Origin: Sedimentisphaeraceae bacterium JB056
GTDB taxonomy: Bacteria > Planctomycetota > Phycisphaerae > Sedimentisphaerales > Sedimentisphaeraceae
NCBI GenBank assembly: GCA_044440125.1
Contig: JBITAJ010000025.1
Span: 30,456 to 94,455, forward strand
Length of the DNA stretch: 64,000 nucleotides
Direction of reading: 5' to 3'
A model generated the notes under the pieces. It was not told the origin of the DNA. It did not search any database and saw nothing but the letters and a program-made list of their open reading frames with translations. How positions within the stretch are numbered: the first letter of the stretch is position 1; the number at the start of each line of letters is the position of its first letter. Shown in pieces: positions 29,301-37,527 of this stretch. Both the position numbers and the translations under genes were made by a program.

Positions 29301-32104
29301 TCCGCATCGGAAGAGGTTTGCCATTGAAGCATATATTTTCGGCTGAAAAGTAAACGCCATGTTGTCAGAAAGATAGCTTTTAGGTAAACATACGAAATGA
29401 ATGGTATCTGAATAAGGTCTAATATATCTATGGCCCATATTCGTGATTCCTTGCGGGTTGCATGTTGGGTATGGGTAGCCCATCTCAGATGTTTAGGCTT
29501 AAAAGCTAACGCATGGATTGATTTGAGTAAATCCGGTAGGAAAAAGACTGTTATAAGTGATATCATCCAGCCCAATGATGCGTCTACTGGCAGAAAACAG
29601 CCAATAAAAAATGCAGCAAGAAAAGCCAGTGGCACAATTGTTCTTCTGAGATTGTCGAATATCATCCACTTGCATAGTATGCCGAGCGGATTCTTATAAG
29701 TTTTTCCATTTGCATCTGGTACTCTTGATAGAAGCCATCTTGCGATTTGCCAATCACCTCGTGCCCATCTGAAACGTCTGCTTACATCTGCCAGATAATG
29801 AGTAGGATGTTCTTCAACAAGCTCAACAGTATTTAAAAAGCCGCACCGATTATAACAGCCTTCTATCAAATCATGACTTAGTATACGGTTTTCAGGAAAT
29901 CTCTTGCTCAGAACAGCATCAAATGTTTGAACATCGTATATGCCTTTTCCAATAAATTGGGAATGTCCGAATAGATCCTGATAAATATTCGATACTTCAC
30001 GAGTATAAGGGTCTATACCTACATCACCGGCAAACAGGCGGGCAAACAATGATTGACGTGAATTGGAAAGATTAGTGGCTAATCTGGGTTGAAGCATGCC
30101 GTAACCACGGTCGACCCGATTGTGTTCGGGGTCAATATGCGGCTGATTTATCGGGTGGGCCAAAGTTGCAGCCATCTTCAATGCAGATTGCGGTGGAAGA
30201 GAGGTGTCGCTGTCGAGAACGATTATATTGCGTACACTGCGAAGCTCTTCAATATTTCCCTCAATTGTAGTAAAAGGTTTGCTGTTGCCTGTTTTGATGA
30301 GATGATTGAGTTGGCTGAGTTTGCCGCGTTTTCGTTCATAGCCCATCCAGCATCCTTGTGATTCATTATATTGTCGAGGCCTGTTTAGAATATAAAATGG
30401 AGTATGACCGTTGCCTGAATATTTTCGGTTCAGTCGCTGTATGCCATCTATAGCAGACTTTAGCAAGTGCTCATCTTCGGCCATTGTTTCTTTCGGCGCA
30501 TCTGGGAAGTCAGTAAGTAGAATCATCAGAAGGTTATTGTCTCGGTTGGCCAGATATCTAACTTCCTGTTGCTCGATCAGCTTTTCTACTGTCTGCATGG
30601 ATGATAATAAAGTTGGTATTACTACAGCTGTACGATGTTCATCTGGTATGCCTTTTGAGAAATCCAGTTTTAGCATGTTGCAGGGAGGGACTATAAGTGT
30701 AACAAGCCAGTTTATTATTGATAAAGCTGATCTTGATGCTACTATTACTACGCTTATTAAACCGACTATAGGTAAAATAACTGAACTTAAATCTACAAAC
30801 TTCAAGAAAACTGCGGTGATAAGAATTGTTAAAACAGTTAAGGACAGTAGATATACCGGTAATGCTGTTTTTTTCAGATTACGGCATATTTGTTTGCCAA
30901 AACTTGGTTTATAACCAATTCGTTTTTCCAATTTCTCTCTTCCATCGCCGATAAGAAAATAGCTTACGGTTTTCTCTCGTTGTTCATTTTCAACTGAACG
31001 AGCTTTTTCTTCAGCCAGTTTGATTGCAGCAGCAGCTACAGTTTCTTCTTCACAGTCACAACCTCGTGCAAGTTCCTCAACCTGATGACGACAGATATCG
31101 CGGGAATGAAAGTCCATTTTAGCATATATATTGCATGGGTCCTTTTGCAAGGTGGATTCAATTATGCTTAGAGATTCAACGAAATTTTTCCAGTCTATAG
31201 TCCTGAGATTTCTTAAGCTCGTAATGCTGTTGCCTATTGATACCTGATCGGCTGCCTGATCTTGACTTTCTGCCTGTTGTATGATTTCAAGGGTTTGTCC
31301 TCGTTCGGCCAATTCCTGCTCTATCCAGTTTATGACAAGACCAAGTGACGGGTGTCTTCCTTGAAGCTCGGCAGTCAGTTCCGCCAGGAAAGGAGCTACA
31401 ATAGGGGGATTGGAGTGTATGAATTCCGCCAGAACCATGATCAGGGATTTGGGCTTTTTCTGGATTATCTGTATGAAACGTTGTGACCATTCCAATGCAA
31501 GGCTGCAATGCATACGCCGCCATGATATTCGATATGATACGCGTCTTAAGTTTTCCATAAGGGCAAGATCTATCATCAGCGGCATTGCCCAGAGCTCACC
31601 AATTTTGAGAGGATGGACGGACTGAAAAGCTTGAAGGAAAAGCGAAATGTTTTCAATATCAACCCTTCCATCGGTATGCGATACCAACTCCAATGCTAAG
31701 TCGTATAAACGTGGAAGACCTTTGCGGTGGCCAGTACCAAGACGCGGGAGTTGCTGGCTGTATTGAGGAGGGAAATTGAGACGAATATGATCAATCTGCT
31801 CTTCTATGAGATAGTAGTTGTCAAGTAACCATTCCGCACCAGGGGATACTGAGCGATTTTGGCTAAGAGCTTTTGCGACATCTTCATAGGACTTCTTTAT
31901 GATCTCAGCGTTTTCGTTGAGTCTGCGTAGCAGTAGCTCAGGACCTTTTCCTGTATCCAATATTTGTGTTGTTGCCAGAGACCTCGCATGGCTTTCCAAT
32001 TGACCGGAGCTGAAAAGTTCTTCACGAAGCGGCGGTTCCGCCTCTTTAATTCCTATTAGCGGTACGCCAGATGTGTCGTCGGAGATGTCCCTGACTGATT
32101 GCAT
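23384..32104 (-). CDS. ndvB: Cyclic beta-1,2-glucan synthase (Cgs/NdvB/ChvB; GT84 + GH94 phosphorylase domain)
   Basis: 2906 aa; EWLLDNYYLI, GYERKRGKL, LDSDT, LSHDLIEG, RWARGDWQ, SWSGSMFEYLMP, GFRDQLQD, GDWNDGMN, ENGGQYTH, WYTGSAGW. Confidence 0.92.
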   Translation of the reverse strand: MQSVRDISDDTSGVPLIGIKEAEPPLREELFSSGQLESHARSLATTQILDTGKGPELLLRRLNENAEIIKKSYEDVAKALSQNRSVSPGAEWLLDNYYLIEEQIDHIRLNFPPQYSQQLPRLGTGHRKGLPRLYDLALELVSHTDGRVDIENISLFLQAFQSVHPLKIGELWAMPLMIDLALMENLRRVSYRISWRRMHCSLALEWSQRFIQIIQKKPKSLIMVLAEFIHSNPPIVAPFLAELTAELQGRHPSLGLVINWIEQELAERGQTLEIIQQAESQDQAADQVSIGNSITSLRNLRTIDWKNFVESLSIIESTLQKDPCNIYAKMDFHSRDICRHQVEELARGCDCEEETVAAAAIKLAEEKARSVENEQREKTVSYFLIGDGREKLEKRIGYKPSFGKQICRNLKKTALPVYLLSLTVLTILITAVFLKFVDLSSVILPIVGLISVVIVASRSALSIINWLVTLIVPPCNMLKLDFSKGIPDEHRTAVVIPTLLSSMQTVEKLIEQQEVRYLANRDNNLLMILLTDFPDAPKETMAEDEHLLKSAIDGIQRLNRKYSGNGHTPFYILNRPRQYNESQGCWMGYERKRGKLSQLNHLIKTGNSKPFTTIEGNIEELRSVRNIIVLDSDTSLPPQSALKMAATLAHPINQPHIDPEHNRVDRGYGMLQPRLATNLSNSRQSLFARLFAGDVGIDPYTREVSNIYQDLFGHSQFIGKGIYDVQTFDAVLSKRFPENRILSHDLIEGCYNRCGFLNTVELVEEHPTHYLADVSRRFRWARGDWQIARWLLSRVPDANGKTYKNPLGILCKWMIFDNLRRTIVPLAFLAAFFIGCFLPVDASLGWMISLITVFFLPDLLKSIHALAFKPKHLRWATHTQHATRKESRIWAIDILDLIQIPFISYVYLKAIFLTTWRLLFSRKYMLQWQTSSDAEQKADNTLTGICRAMWIAPFAAAIIAFTIALIKTPALAELSNQFNIHQYPGGIDGLVIEAVLLVEWFLSPLIFWRLSRPTTPVEQEMTKKQKLFLRKTARRTWSFFDEFVNEENNWLPPDNFQEEHSIGQAHRTSPTNIGMALASNLAACDFGYISERKLIENVSNTFKTLEELPRYHGHFYNWYDTRTLHAFHPRYISTADSGNLTGSLIALRGGLEELINKPILSEKWLEGLNDTTQILFDELQAELKNKRSRLGNSEINRIQKEISLQIKSLQSLFALSEINSGLSSLGLIVTEFESLVPQNSESHFWIRTLRNQCRDIQNDIVYMAPWLELEDSTQTNPKNKRFENEIPTLFTLANLKSDSSTNVNSEELACKRATERIKVLEDLQYRCRELSETDVSFLYDPSHRLLSIGYNLETNQRDPGYYDLLASEARLCSFLGVVLGQLPIDHWFCLGRQLVPIGKNKVLISWSGSMFEYLMPLLFMPSYEATLLHESYNQAVQCQINHGLRYSVPWGISESCFNQIDINKVYQYRGFGVVGMGLKRGLKDDLVIAPYATALAMMVKPVHACRNLQKMDELGFQGRYGFYEAIDYTRNRVPHEKSFAVVRSYMSHHSGMSFLALNNALMGGLMQKRFQSDPRINASLLLLQERVPVVEVHSRVGVASEKHEKNGQAEPPVAALRTFTRADMPVPDVHLLSNGRYHVLITSAGSGSSRWENLSLTRWQEDATKDNWGTFLYIRDVDTGEYWSATAQPCGKEPDRYDVTFSQGAAEFQLIKNKVKAQTRVAVSPEDDVELRRLSITNLAGHSRNLEITSFSEVVLLDGIDAGEQPAFQGLFVQTELIRDKDAVLSFRRPKSPDEKWPVFFHGMTVHDGESKKVSFETDRCRFIGRCQTNEYPAAMKKSGKLSDTCGAVLDPVMSVRHKIHLGPGQSITLDAIWGLEQNSTKALSLIDKYYDRHLADRVFELAWTNSQVMLHQLQIKEADSQLFSQLAGLLIYANPHLRARASLIARNRKGQSDLWAYGISGDLPIVLLRVSDLSGLDLVLQVIKAHAYWRCKGLKTDLVILCEAYSGYRQTLMDAIIGLINVNLEAKALNQPAGIFVRNMDQVTEDDRMLLKAVSRIVLSDRVGTLSEHLDRYTLPQPDQPIFKPSRNAEEMTPQEKQLPERELAYFNSWGGFTPDGREYVTMIKPGVVTPAPWVNVLANPNFGSVVSESGSAYTWFKNAHEFRLTPWYNDAVSDISGEAFYIRDEETGRFWSPMPWPVNNQGSYVSRHGLGYSAFEHTEDDIFSETFTYTAAQLPIKLTNITLRNLSNRKRKLSLTGFVEWVLGESRARNSMNVVTRLDAQTGAIFACNTYKADFNTCVGFFNCSHMLRTLTTSRTEFIGRNGSLSSPEAMRRVNLSNQVGAGTDPCAAIQTFVEIPPGEQVQLVFMLGGADNEQHARSILAQSSGVDGARHILEEVWDKWKRDLGRVYVETPDLSVDLLVNHWLLYQTLGCRVWGRSGFYQSGGAFGFRDQLQDSLAFLYECPWITRDQILLCASRQFIEGDVQHWWHPPTGRGVRTQISDDYLWLVYVTCRYIKATGDTGILDEQVSFLEAAQLEPGEESHYGMPQVSEKSGSIYEHCVCAINHAINYGAHGLPLIGAGDWNDGMNRVGCEGKGESVWLGFFIYDILHSFTDIAKLREDNDLVKKCQDEAAKLQQNIDQNAWDGEWYLRAFFDDGSPLGSSVNSQCSIDLLPQTWSILTGATDPARSKQALESALKRLIDPKTRTIHLLDPPFDGTEMDPGYIRAYIPGVRENGGQYTHAAIWAAIAVARSRKIEQAWELFTMLNPIKRSASAETASVYKVEPYVMPADIYSTPGHEGRGGWTWYTGSAGWMYQFTVEHLLGLKVEANTLSFSPLIPEQWNEYTLHYCYRNTFFHIRIIQTGSDTWNTRSVMVDNNKQHDNKIHLFDDGNEHYAVVEVGLNP

Positions 32105-32167
32105 TAATTTCCCTCCAAAATGGATTTGCGAAATCTAACTTATTCTCCTACAAACAAGTTAAATACC

Positions 32168-32196
32168 AATATAACTTATATTTTTTACAAAGTCAA
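32168..32196 (-). promoter_or_regulatory. Putative sigma70 promoter of the glucan synthase
   Basis: Minus strand TTGACT-17 nt-TATATT, about 65 nt upstream of the ATG, which has a GGAGG RBS. Confidence 0.55.
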
Positions 32197-32384
32197 TCAT
32201 TAAAAACTAAAGTGGCTGGTCTGATCCAAGTATAATATGCTGCATGGATTGAGATACTTTTAATATGTTTTTTAAAGTATCCTTAATACGGAGATTGGGT
32301 TTGGTTTTCAGTCTTGAAGAAGGCTGAATATTGCGTTAATTATGCCAGTATTGCCTCATTTTCAACAGTTTTTATGAAATTTTG

Positions 32385-32412
32385 TTGATTTACACATTAT
32401 TTTTGTTATTAT
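32385..32412 (+). promoter_or_regulatory. Putative rpsD promoter
   Basis: TTGATT-16 nt-TATTAT with extended -10 TG. Confidence 0.45.
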
Positions 32413-32526
32413 TCTGGCTCGTTTTATTATGCCTGCGGGAAGTTTTGCTCCTGCAAACGGCGTAATTTATATAAAAAAGGGCTTTCCCGCCCGTAAGCAA
32501 GACCTCTTTTGTATGGAGATTTAACT

Positions 32527-33141
32527 ATGGGAAATTATTCAGGGCCTAAAGTAAGGCTTAGTCGTGCACTTGGCGTGCCAATTGCAGAAACACCAAAACA
32601 CGTTAGTCCTCGCAAGACAACTCGTCCTGGTCAGCACGGTTTTCGTCGTGTAAAACCAACTCTTTACGGCACACAGCTCAAAGAGAAGCAGAAAATTGCT
32701 TGCTACTACAACCTGCAGAATAAGCAGCTCCGTCGTTATATGAAAATGGCAGAAGCTTCAAAGCAGACAACAGACAGGGCTTTCCAGGTGCTGCTTGAGA
32801 CAAGGCTTGACAATGTTGTACGTCGTCTTCGTTGGGCAAGAACTATCTGGCAAGCACGTCAGATGGTGACTCACGGCCACTTCCTTGTGAACGGTCGCAA
32901 GGTTGACCTTCCTTCTTACAGGGTTAAGGCTGGCGATGTTATCGAAGCTAAAGAACGCAGCAAAAAGTTTGTTACTGAAGTTATTGAGACAACAAAGTCT
33001 ATGGGCTTTGCTGTACCTGAGTGGCTTGTTTCTGACGAAGCTACCCTCAAGGCGACAGTTACAAGACTTCCACAGTTCGAGGAAGTACGTCTGCCGTTCG
33101 ATGTGGACTTCACAAACATTATCGAATACTATATGCGATAA
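32527..33141 (+). CDS. rpsD: 30S ribosomal protein S4 (zinc-free type)
   Basis: YSGPKVRLSR, PGQHG, YG.QLKEKQK, LETRLDNVV, ARQMVTHGH, S4 domain; GGAG RBS before ATG 32527. Confidence 0.97.
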   Translation: MGNYSGPKVRLSRALGVPIAETPKHVSPRKTTRPGQHGFRRVKPTLYGTQLKEKQKIACYYNLQNKQLRRYMKMAEASKQTTDRAFQVLLETRLDNVVRRLRWARTIWQARQMVTHGHFLVNGRKVDLPSYRVKAGDVIEAKERSKKFVTEVIETTKSMGFAVPEWLVSDEATLKATVTRLPQFEEVRLPFDVDFTNIIEYYMR

Positions 33142-33165
33142 TTGGTTCGATTATGATCGAAATAC

Positions 33166-33199
33166 AAAGGACGCTTGCGAAAACAGGCGTCCTTTTTTT
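33166..33199 (+). terminator. Intrinsic terminator after rpsD
   Basis: AAAGGACGCTTG-loop-CAGGCGTCCTTT plus T run. Confidence 0.88.
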
Positions 33200-33279
33200 A
33201 TTTTAAATTATTCATCCTTACAGTTACTTGTTAATATGTGGCAGTAATTGGATAATTTGTGTTTTTGATAGGAATAGAT

Positions 33280-34641
33280 ATGAAGAAGCCGAATGTTATT
33301 TTTGTTTTTGCTGATCAATGGAGAGCTCAGGCAACCGGGTATGCGGGCAACAACGTTGTGAAAACGCCAAATCTTGATAAACTTGCTGCCGAAAGTGTGA
33401 ATTTTACGAATGCAAGCTCAGGTTGTCCAGTATGCACACCTTACAGGGCTTCTTTTCTTAAAGGCCAGTATCCTCTTACAACAGGCTTATTTGTAAATGA
33501 TGTCTCAATTGATACTGAGACTATGAGCATTGCTCAGGCATTCAAAACCGCTGACTATGATACTGCCTACATAGGTAAATGGCATGTAGATGGTCATGGA
33601 AGAGATGGGTATATACCGCGTGAGAGGCAGCAGGGGTTTGACTATTGGAAAGTGTTGGAATGCACCCATGATTATAATAATTCCTATTACTATGAGGGTG
33701 ATTGTGATCTGAAACGCAGATGGGATGGATATGATGCCTTTGCTCAGACTGATGATGCCCGTAATTATATCCGTCAGCGAGAGAGTGATTCACCGTTTTT
33801 CATGGTTCTCTCATGGGGTCCGCCTCATGCACCGCTTGATACCGCTCCAAAAGAATATCGCGACATGTACAAACCGGAGGATATACAGCTTAGGCCTAAT
33901 GTTCCGGTGGAACTGGAGGAAAAAGCAAGAATTTGGCTTTCCCAGTACTATGCCCATTGTTCAGCACTGGATAAATGTCTGGGGGATCTGCTTGATACAC
34001 TGAATGATACCGGGATAGCCGATGATACTATATTTGTATTTACGTCCGATCATGGTGATATGCTTGGAAGTCATGGGTTTGAAAAGAAGCAGAAGCCTTG
34101 GGAGGAATCCATACGGGTTCCATTTTTACTGCGATTGCCGGCTAAATTCGGAGTTGATGCTAAGGAGTGTGATGCTCCTGTTGATGCACCTGATATAATG
34201 CCGACATTGCTTTCACTGTGTGATATTGAAGTTCCTGAATCAGTAGAGGGATATGATTATTCCGATTATATTCAGGGCAAAGGTGCCGATCCATCTGGCG
34301 GAGCCTCTTTTCTTGCCTGTTATCATTGTTTTGGGCAGTGGCGAAAAGGCATGGATGGTGGATTTTACGGCATAAACGGTCGCGAATATCGAGGAATCAG
34401 AACTAATCGCTACACTTATGTAAGAACGCTTGATGGGCCGTGGCTTCTGTATGATAACCAAAAAGATCCGTATCAGTTGACGAATTTAATTGATGATGAA
34501 GACTTCTCGGATGTCAGTAATAAACTTGATTGTGAATTGGACAGAAAATTAACGGAAAGAGGCGATGAGTTTCTGCCCGGCATGGAATATATACGCAAGT
34601 TTGGTTATGAGATTGATGAGTTCGGCACGGTACCGTATTGA
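33280..34641 (+). CDS. Cys-type sulfatase, no signal peptide
   Basis: PNVIFVFADQWR, CTPYR, GKWH, PPH, SDHG. Confidence 0.92.
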   Translation: MKKPNVIFVFADQWRAQATGYAGNNVVKTPNLDKLAAESVNFTNASSGCPVCTPYRASFLKGQYPLTTGLFVNDVSIDTETMSIAQAFKTADYDTAYIGKWHVDGHGRDGYIPRERQQGFDYWKVLECTHDYNNSYYYEGDCDLKRRWDGYDAFAQTDDARNYIRQRESDSPFFMVLSWGPPHAPLDTAPKEYRDMYKPEDIQLRPNVPVELEEKARIWLSQYYAHCSALDKCLGDLLDTLNDTGIADDTIFVFTSDHGDMLGSHGFEKKQKPWEESIRVPFLLRLPAKFGVDAKECDAPVDAPDIMPTLLSLCDIEVPESVEGYDYSDYIQGKGADPSGGASFLACYHCFGQWRKGMDGGFYGINGREYRGIRTNRYTYVRTLDGPWLLYDNQKDPYQLTNLIDDEDFSDVSNKLDCELDRKLTERGDEFLPGMEYIRKFGYEIDEFGTVPY

Positions 34642-34728
34642 TTAGGCAGGGAAAGTCGAAGTCTGATACGACCTTATGTTATGATTATGGAATTGCATAA
34701 TTATGGTGAAAATTAATCCAAAAAACAC

Positions 34729-34756
34729 TTGCAAAGGCGTTTGATATCTGTAAAAT
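34729..34756 (+). promoter_or_regulatory. Putative sigma70 promoter upstream of the tRNA-Gln/prs cluster
   Basis: TTGCAA-16 nt-TAAAAT preceded by an A-rich UP-like tract. Confidence 0.55.
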
Positions 34757-34935
34757 ACGCCAATCTACTGACTAACGGAGTAGAGCTGTGCAAAACAGCG
34801 TGGGGCCGATTGTTACGCGACGTATTCGGTTCAGGCTTCAGTCAGGGGCGATTCTGCCTGCCTCAAAGCAGGCTTCGCGTCAGATTAATATGGTTATATT
34901 CATTTTACCGTTCGGTAAATTTGAGAAGATATGAT

Positions 34936-35007
34936 TGCCCGGTGGTGTAATTGGCAACACTCAAGCTTTTGGTGCTTGCATTTCTGGTTCGAGTCCAGGC
35001 CGGGTAG
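34936..35007 (+). tRNA. tRNA-Gln(TTG), CCA not encoded
   Basis: Acceptor TGCCCGG/CCGGGTA, D arm GTGT/ACAC, anticodon arm CAAGC-TTTTGGT-GCTTG, T loop TTCGAGT; usual position upstream of prs. Confidence 0.95.
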
Positions 35008-35203
35008 ATCTTTATATAGATCGATAGTGTGGTTTATTTTAGTTTACAGCTTGATGCGTAAGATTTTCTGGTTTGGCCGGTTGTTTTAGCGAATCAAAGA
35101 AGATTGCCACAATACAGATATGACTTCGTGTAAGTCTTAAAAGTGTTCGGCGGTATCGCCGTGTAATTATTCGATAAGTTATGCTTAATGAAACCTGTTG
35201 AAA

Positions 35204-36157
35204 ATGTTTCTTAATGAAAATATGAAAATATTCAGTGGTAATTCAAATCCTGAACTATCACAGAAGATATGCAGCCAGCTTGGTGTAACTCCAGGCGGGG
35301 CAAGGGTTGTGAAATTCCCTGACGGCGAAAAATTTGTCAAGCTTGAGGATGATGTAAGAGGCAAGGACTGTTTTGTTGTCCAGAGTACATGTACGCCGGT
35401 TGATGAGAATCTTATGGAGCTTCTTATCCTTCTTGATTCTCTCAAAAGAGCAAGTGCTTCAAGAGTGACAGTTGTTATACCGTATTTTGGTTATGCCCGT
35501 CAGGACAGAAAAGATGAAGGCCGGGTGCCTATTACGGCAAAACTCGTAGCTAATCTTATGACAACGGCAGGTGCAAGCAGGGTTTTGGCTATTGATTTGC
35601 ATACGCGTCAGCTTGAGGGATTCTTTGATATACCGGTTGATCACTTGATGGCTGAGCCGGTGTTGACTTCGTATTTAAGGTCTAAGAAGATCGAGAACCC
35701 GCTGATCGTTTCTCCTGACGTAGGTAATGTTAAGACGGCTTCCAGATATGTAGAGCACCTTAATGGTGAGCTGGCCATAATTCACAAGAAGCGTTTGAGC
35801 GGCAGTGAGGTCGAATGCGGCCAGATAATAGGCTGCAGCGTTGAGGGCAGAAACGTGATAATGGTTGATGATATGATATCAACAGCCGGTACTATCTGTT
35901 CGGCAGCCGAGCTTGTAAAAAGCAAAGGTGCCAACAGTATAATAGTTGGTGCGACTCACGGAGTGTTCTGCGGGGCTGCTATCGAGCGACTCAGTAAAGC
36001 ACCATTTGATGAGGTCATTGTCACTGATACCGTGCCGCTTAATAAAGAAGCGCAGAAGGTAGAGAAGATAAAAGTATTGAGCGTTGCCGATCTTCTTGCA
36101 ATGGCGATAAAAAGGATACACCGGAACGAATCGGTGAGCAGCCTTTTTGTAACATGA
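35204..36157 (+). CDS. prs: Ribose-phosphate pyrophosphokinase
   Basis: FPDGE, PYFGYARQDRK, DLH, VSPDVG, VDDMISTAGT; start may be 35222. Confidence 0.97.
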   Translation: MFLNENMKIFSGNSNPELSQKICSQLGVTPGGARVVKFPDGEKFVKLEDDVRGKDCFVVQSTCTPVDENLMELLILLDSLKRASASRVTVVIPYFGYARQDRKDEGRVPITAKLVANLMTTAGASRVLAIDLHTRQLEGFFDIPVDHLMAEPVLTSYLRSKKIENPLIVSPDVGNVKTASRYVEHLNGELAIIHKKRLSGSEVECGQIIGCSVEGRNVIMVDDMISTAGTICSAAELVKSKGANSIIVGATHGVFCGAAIERLSKAPFDEVIVTDTVPLNKEAQKVEKIKVLSVADLLAMAIKRIHRNESVSSLFVT

Positions 36158-36257
36158 AGTTGAATGCTGTGTGTGAGTTTGTTACACAGCTGTATAATAA
36201 GTAAAGTTGCCCTGAGTGTAAACGGGCAGGAAATATATAGAAATTTGTGAGGTAAAT

Positions 36258-36887
36258 ATGACAGATACAGTTATATTGAAAGCGGAGCTTAGGGAAAACG
36301 GCTCTAAGAAAGCGGCCGCAGTACGTGCGCAGGGCCTTTTGCCTGCTGTCATTTACGGGCACAAGCAGGATCCTGAATCTGTTTCAGTAGATTGCAAGGC
36401 CTTAATCGACGGCTTGCATAGTGGACAGCGTCTTTATGAACTGAAATTTGATGGTAAGAGTGAAACTCTGCTTGTAAAAGACCTTCAGTATGATTATCTC
36501 GGTAAGGATATTCTTCACGTTGACTTTATGCGTGTTGATCTTGACGAGAAGGCTGATGTCAGTGTTATGCTTGAATTCAAAGGTACTCCTGAGGGTGCTT
36601 CTGAAGGCGGAATACTTGATGTACACTTTGATAGCATTGAGATTAATTGCCCGGTGACATCAATACCGGAGTCTATCACTGTTAACGTGAAGTCTCTTGG
36701 AATTGGTGATGCTATTTACGCTAAAGATATCCAGCTGCCTACAGGTGCTTCGCTTGTTACCGATGGTGATCAGGTTGTAGTTAACTGCCACGTAGTAGCT
36801 GAGAAACCGGAAGTTGAAGAGGGCGATGAGCTTGAAGAATCAGCTGAACCGGAAGTAATAACAGAAAAGAACAAGGACGAGGAGTAA
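36258..36887 (+). CDS. rplY: 50S ribosomal protein L25 / general stress protein Ctc
   Basis: LPAVIYG, HVDF, beta domain and acidic tail; prs-ctc-pth synteny. Confidence 0.95.
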   Translation: MTDTVILKAELRENGSKKAAAVRAQGLLPAVIYGHKQDPESVSVDCKALIDGLHSGQRLYELKFDGKSETLLVKDLQYDYLGKDILHVDFMRVDLDEKADVSVMLEFKGTPEGASEGGILDVHFDSIEINCPVTSIPESITVNVKSLGIGDAIYAKDIQLPTGASLVTDGDQVVVNCHVVAEKPEVEEGDELEESAEPEVITEKNKDEE

Positions 36888-36913
36888 TCGTCCTTTAGTG
36901 TCAGGAATTGTTA

Positions 36914-37480
36914 ATGTCGGATCTGAAACTGATAATAGGGCTTGGTAATCCGGGTAAAGAATACGAAAATACCCGGCATAATGTAGGTTTTGAAGTCGTT
37001 GATAATCTTGCAGCATCGTATGGCGAAAAGATTAAGACTAAAAAATTCAACAGCCAAATTACGGCCTTTGAGTTATCAGGTACGAAACTCTTGATTGCAA
37101 AACCTCAGACTTTTATGAACTTGAGCGGTGATGCAGTTGCATTGATACGCGGTTTTTATAAAATGGATTTGAGTGATATATTGGTAGTAACCGATGATAT
37201 GGCTCTTGATCCGGGTGTTATACGCCTCAGAGGTAAAGGTTCTGCCGGCGGTCACAACGGGCTTAAAGACATAATAAAAAAGCTTGGCAGCCAGGAATTT
37301 GCAAGATTGCGGATAGGTATTGGTAAAAGTCCTTATCCCGACAGCCGTAACTATGTTTTAGGTAAGATTAGCGGCGAAGAGAAGAAAACGGTTCAAGAGT
37401 CTGTTGAAAGGGCTTCGGCCTGTATCAGAAAATGGCTCAGAGACGGTATTGACAAAGCTATGACAGAGTTTAATGTATAA
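36914..37480 (+). CDS. pth: Peptidyl-tRNA hydrolase
   Basis: GLGNPG, TRHNVGF, KPQTFMNLSG, GGHNGL, RLRIGIG. Confidence 0.97.
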   Translation: MSDLKLIIGLGNPGKEYENTRHNVGFEVVDNLAASYGEKIKTKKFNSQITAFELSGTKLLIAKPQTFMNLSGDAVALIRGFYKMDLSDILVVTDDMALDPGVIRLRGKGSAGGHNGLKDIIKKLGSQEFARLRIGIGKSPYPDSRNYVLGKISGEEKKTVQESVERASACIRKWLRDGIDKAMTEFNV

Positions 37481-37527
37481 AAGCGGTTTTAACCGAAATA
37501 TAAAAAGTTTAGCGGAGGTAAATAACC

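Noticed and set aside
34785..34880. c-di-GMP riboswitch or SRP RNA identity for the structured leader
   Set aside because: GCAAA and TCAGG words are present, but the GNRA/receptor arrangement and the SRP domain IV motif are not
34729..34950. 73-aa ORF upstream of the tRNA
   Set aside because: Starts in a -35 box, overlaps tRNA-Gln, no RBS
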